Of a DNA stretch of 8,636 bases, positions 7,314-8,636 are shown piece by piece. The notes below the pieces were generated by a model. That model searched no databases. It was not told where the DNA came from and was given only the letters and a program-made list of their open reading frames with translations. The stretch's first letter is position 1. Every line of letters begins with the position of its first letter. This stretch comes from a virus (Monodnaviria > Loebvirae > Hofneiviricota > Faserviricetes > Tubulavirales > Inoviridae): IMG/VR virus record IMGVR_UViG_2563366882_000001; one strand, 5' to 3'. The position numbers and the translations under genes are program-made.

Positions 7314-7348
7314 GTGCGAATTTTGAACAGTGAAAAAGGATCAAAAGG

Positions 7349-7771
7349 ATGAGTAGAAATAACGAAACAAGCGGCGTTGAACTGGTTGTCGTGGGCGTAT
7401 TTGCTTTCTGTCTGGCAGTTGTTGCCTGGCTAATGAAAACTTTCGATGTTGAATGGCAAACAGCACTGGAAACTGCGCCTGGCCTGATAGTCTGGCTGCT
7501 TGTTGTCGGTGCGGGGATCTTTTTCGGGATCAAAATGGAAACTGGCCTTATTCGCTGGGGTGCTCCACTGGCGATCGCCCTTCTGATTCCGGTATTCAAG
7601 CCAATTCTTAAGGAAGCTGCCGGAGTTCGTGAAACGGGTGGGCTGGTTTTCGATGATATGGTTTCGTGGTATGGAACTGGCTGGGGAATGTCTCTGATGT
7701 TCTTCGGGATTCTTATTGTCGGATATGGCCTGCTTTATTGGTGGCACAGAAGAAATTCATATTACTGGTAA
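7349..7771 (+). CDS. Hypothetical integral membrane protein (140 aa, about four hydrophobic helices, Trp/Tyr-rich C-terminus)
   Basis: ORF with AAAGGA SD upstream; hydrophobic segments at roughly residues 10-28, 45-61, 70-83 and 112-130. No recognised inovirus homolog. Confidence 0.6.
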   Translation: MSRNNETSGVELVVVGVFAFCLAVVAWLMKTFDVEWQTALETAPGLIVWLLVVGAGIFFGIKMETGLIRWGAPLAIALLIPVFKPILKEAAGVRETGGLVFDDMVSWYGTGWGMSLMFFGILIVGYGLLYWWHRRNSYYW

Positions 7772-7799
7772 TCAATAAAACGTAGAAGAGAGGAAACAT

Positions 7800-8075
7800 A
7801 TGAAACTGAATCCTGAGAAATACAATAGAAACATTACCCTGCTATGTCCTGTGTGCGGAAATACAGAGATGGAACACGAGGAAGAGTCTGAAGTCGTCAG
7901 ATGTGTAGGCTGCGGGAAAGAATTTACTAATGATGAGTTAATCCAAGAAAACGGGGTGAGTATTGACGCTCATGTAGATGAAATAAAAGAAGAGTTAACA
8001 AAAGACATTCAAAAACAGTTTAACGACATGCTCAAAAAGGCATTTAAGGGAAGTAAGAATATAAGGATCAAATAA
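7800..8075 (+). CDS. Hypothetical small zinc-ribbon protein (91 aa), C16-x2-C19 ... C35-x2-C38, acidic and Lys-rich
   Basis: ORF with AGGAAA SD upstream; two CxxC pairs spaced 15 residues apart. Its stop overlaps the next start (TAATG at 8073-8077). Confidence 0.6.
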   Translation: MKLNPEKYNRNITLLCPVCGNTEMEHEEESEVVRCVGCGKEFTNDELIQENGVSIDAHVDEIKEELTKDIQKQFNDMLKKAFKGSKNIRIK

Positions 8076-8554
8076 TGACAACAAGTGATGCCATCGCTTT
8101 AGCTGCGCTTGTAGTATCGATTTACACTATCATATCGTCAGAAATGAAATCGAGAAAAAGCGATAGAGAACAAAAGGTTATAAAGGATGAGCAAGACAGG
8201 TTACGTAAGTTGCTTCTGGAAAAAGAAACAAAGTCAGCAATTAATGAGATGAAAGCTGAGCTTGGTGCTCGCCTCGTAAAAATAGCCAAAAACAACTATA
8301 GGCTCAAGATATTTAATAGAGGGAGGGTTGAGGCTAAAAATATAGAGATTCATTTCCCTGATAACGATGGAAATGAATATCTTTCAATGCATGATGTAGA
8401 AGATAAATTTCCATATGAGGTATTACACCCGCAACATGGGATTGAAATTTTAGCGGGAATAAGCTTTGGAAGTAAAACTAAATACCGAATAAAACTCATA
8501 TGGGATGACAATTATAAAAGAAGAAATGAAGAGGATTTTTTCATTTCTATATAA
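8075..8554 (+). CDS. Hypothetical protein (159 aa): N-terminal hydrophobic helix, charged coiled-coil-like segment, C-terminal domain
   Basis: ORF translationally coupled to the upstream gene. Residues about 6-22 are hydrophobic (AIALAALVVSIYTIISS), followed by a K/E/R-rich region. Visibly AT-rich, unlike the structural module. Confidence 0.6.
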   Translation: MTTSDAIALAALVVSIYTIISSEMKSRKSDREQKVIKDEQDRLRKLLLEKETKSAINEMKAELGARLVKIAKNNYRLKIFNRGRVEAKNIEIHFPDNDGNEYLSMHDVEDKFPYEVLHPQHGIEILAGISFGSKTKYRIKLIWDDNYKRRNEEDFFISI

Positions 8555-8557
8555 ATT

Positions 8558-8584
8558 GGTTCGCACAATGACGTTATGCTAAAG
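8558..8584 (+). other. dif-like sequence in forward orientation (XerC-like arm, 5-bp spacer, XerD-like arm); possible attP component or chance
   Basis: Seen: GGTTCGCACAA TGACG TTATGCTAAAG versus dif GGTGCGCATAA TGTATA TTATGTTAAAT; 9/11 in each arm but the spacer is 5 bp, not 6. Confidence 0.3.
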
Positions 8585-8622
8585 AGGCCGCTGCGGGATT
8601 CGATTTTCGCAGCGGCCTTTTC
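8581..8622 (+). terminator. Strong rho-independent terminator closing the plus-strand cassette
   Basis: Seen: GC-rich 11-bp perfect stem AGGCCGCTGCG (8585-8595) / CGCAGCGGCCT (8608-8618) with a 12-nt loop, then TTTTC; an A-tract precedes it. Confidence 0.65.
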
Positions 8623-8636
8623 AACATAACGAGTCG
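8619..8636 (-). other. dif-like XerD-arm (reverse orientation) at the right edge, truncated by the window; candidate attR
   Basis: Seen: 8619-8629 TTTCAACATAA versus reverse complement of the dif XerD arm ATTTAACATAA (9/11, core AACATAA exact). Same orientation as the dif fragment at 1-15. Confidence 0.35.

Larger units (their letters stand above)
16..8618 (-). mobile_element. Integrated filamentous phage (Inoviridae, Ff/IKe-like) prophage; phage plus strand = window minus strand
   Basis: Complete canonical inovirus gene order with recognisable pII, pVIII, pIII, pVI, pI, pIV homologs, bounded by dif-like sequences at both ends. Boundaries are approximate. Confidence 0.8.

Noticed and set aside
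7309-7747. Minus-strand ORFs 7309-7599 and 7430-7747
   Set aside because: Antisense to the 140-aa membrane-protein gene, which has the better SD and a coherent hydrophobic-helix pattern; the products are low-complexity.

Overview
Almost the whole window is one integrated filamentous phage (inovirus, Ff/IKe-like). On the minus strand the canonical module runs in order gII(+nested gX)-gV-gVII-gIX-gVIII-gIII-gVI-gI(+nested gXI)-gIV (6632 down to 795), recognised by protein similarity recalled from memory to M13/IKe proteins, conserved gene order, 1-nt TAATG overlaps and Shine-Dalgarno motifs. Divergent from gII on the plus strand are an XRE-type HTH repressor-like gene (6804-7250) and a three-gene cassette of unknown function (7349-8554: 4-helix membrane protein, CxxC zinc-ribbon protein, TM plus coiled-coil protein), closed by a strong intrinsic terminator. 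The window starts inside an exact match to the E. coli dif XerC arm (1-15) and ends in a dif-like XerD arm (8619-8629), so the element appears to be a dif-integrated prophage of the CTXphi/Ypf/CUS type. The most likely place for an undescribed function is the plus-strand cassette, followed by the 82-aa ORF downstream of gIV. All similarity statements are from reading the translations and memory, not from a database search.
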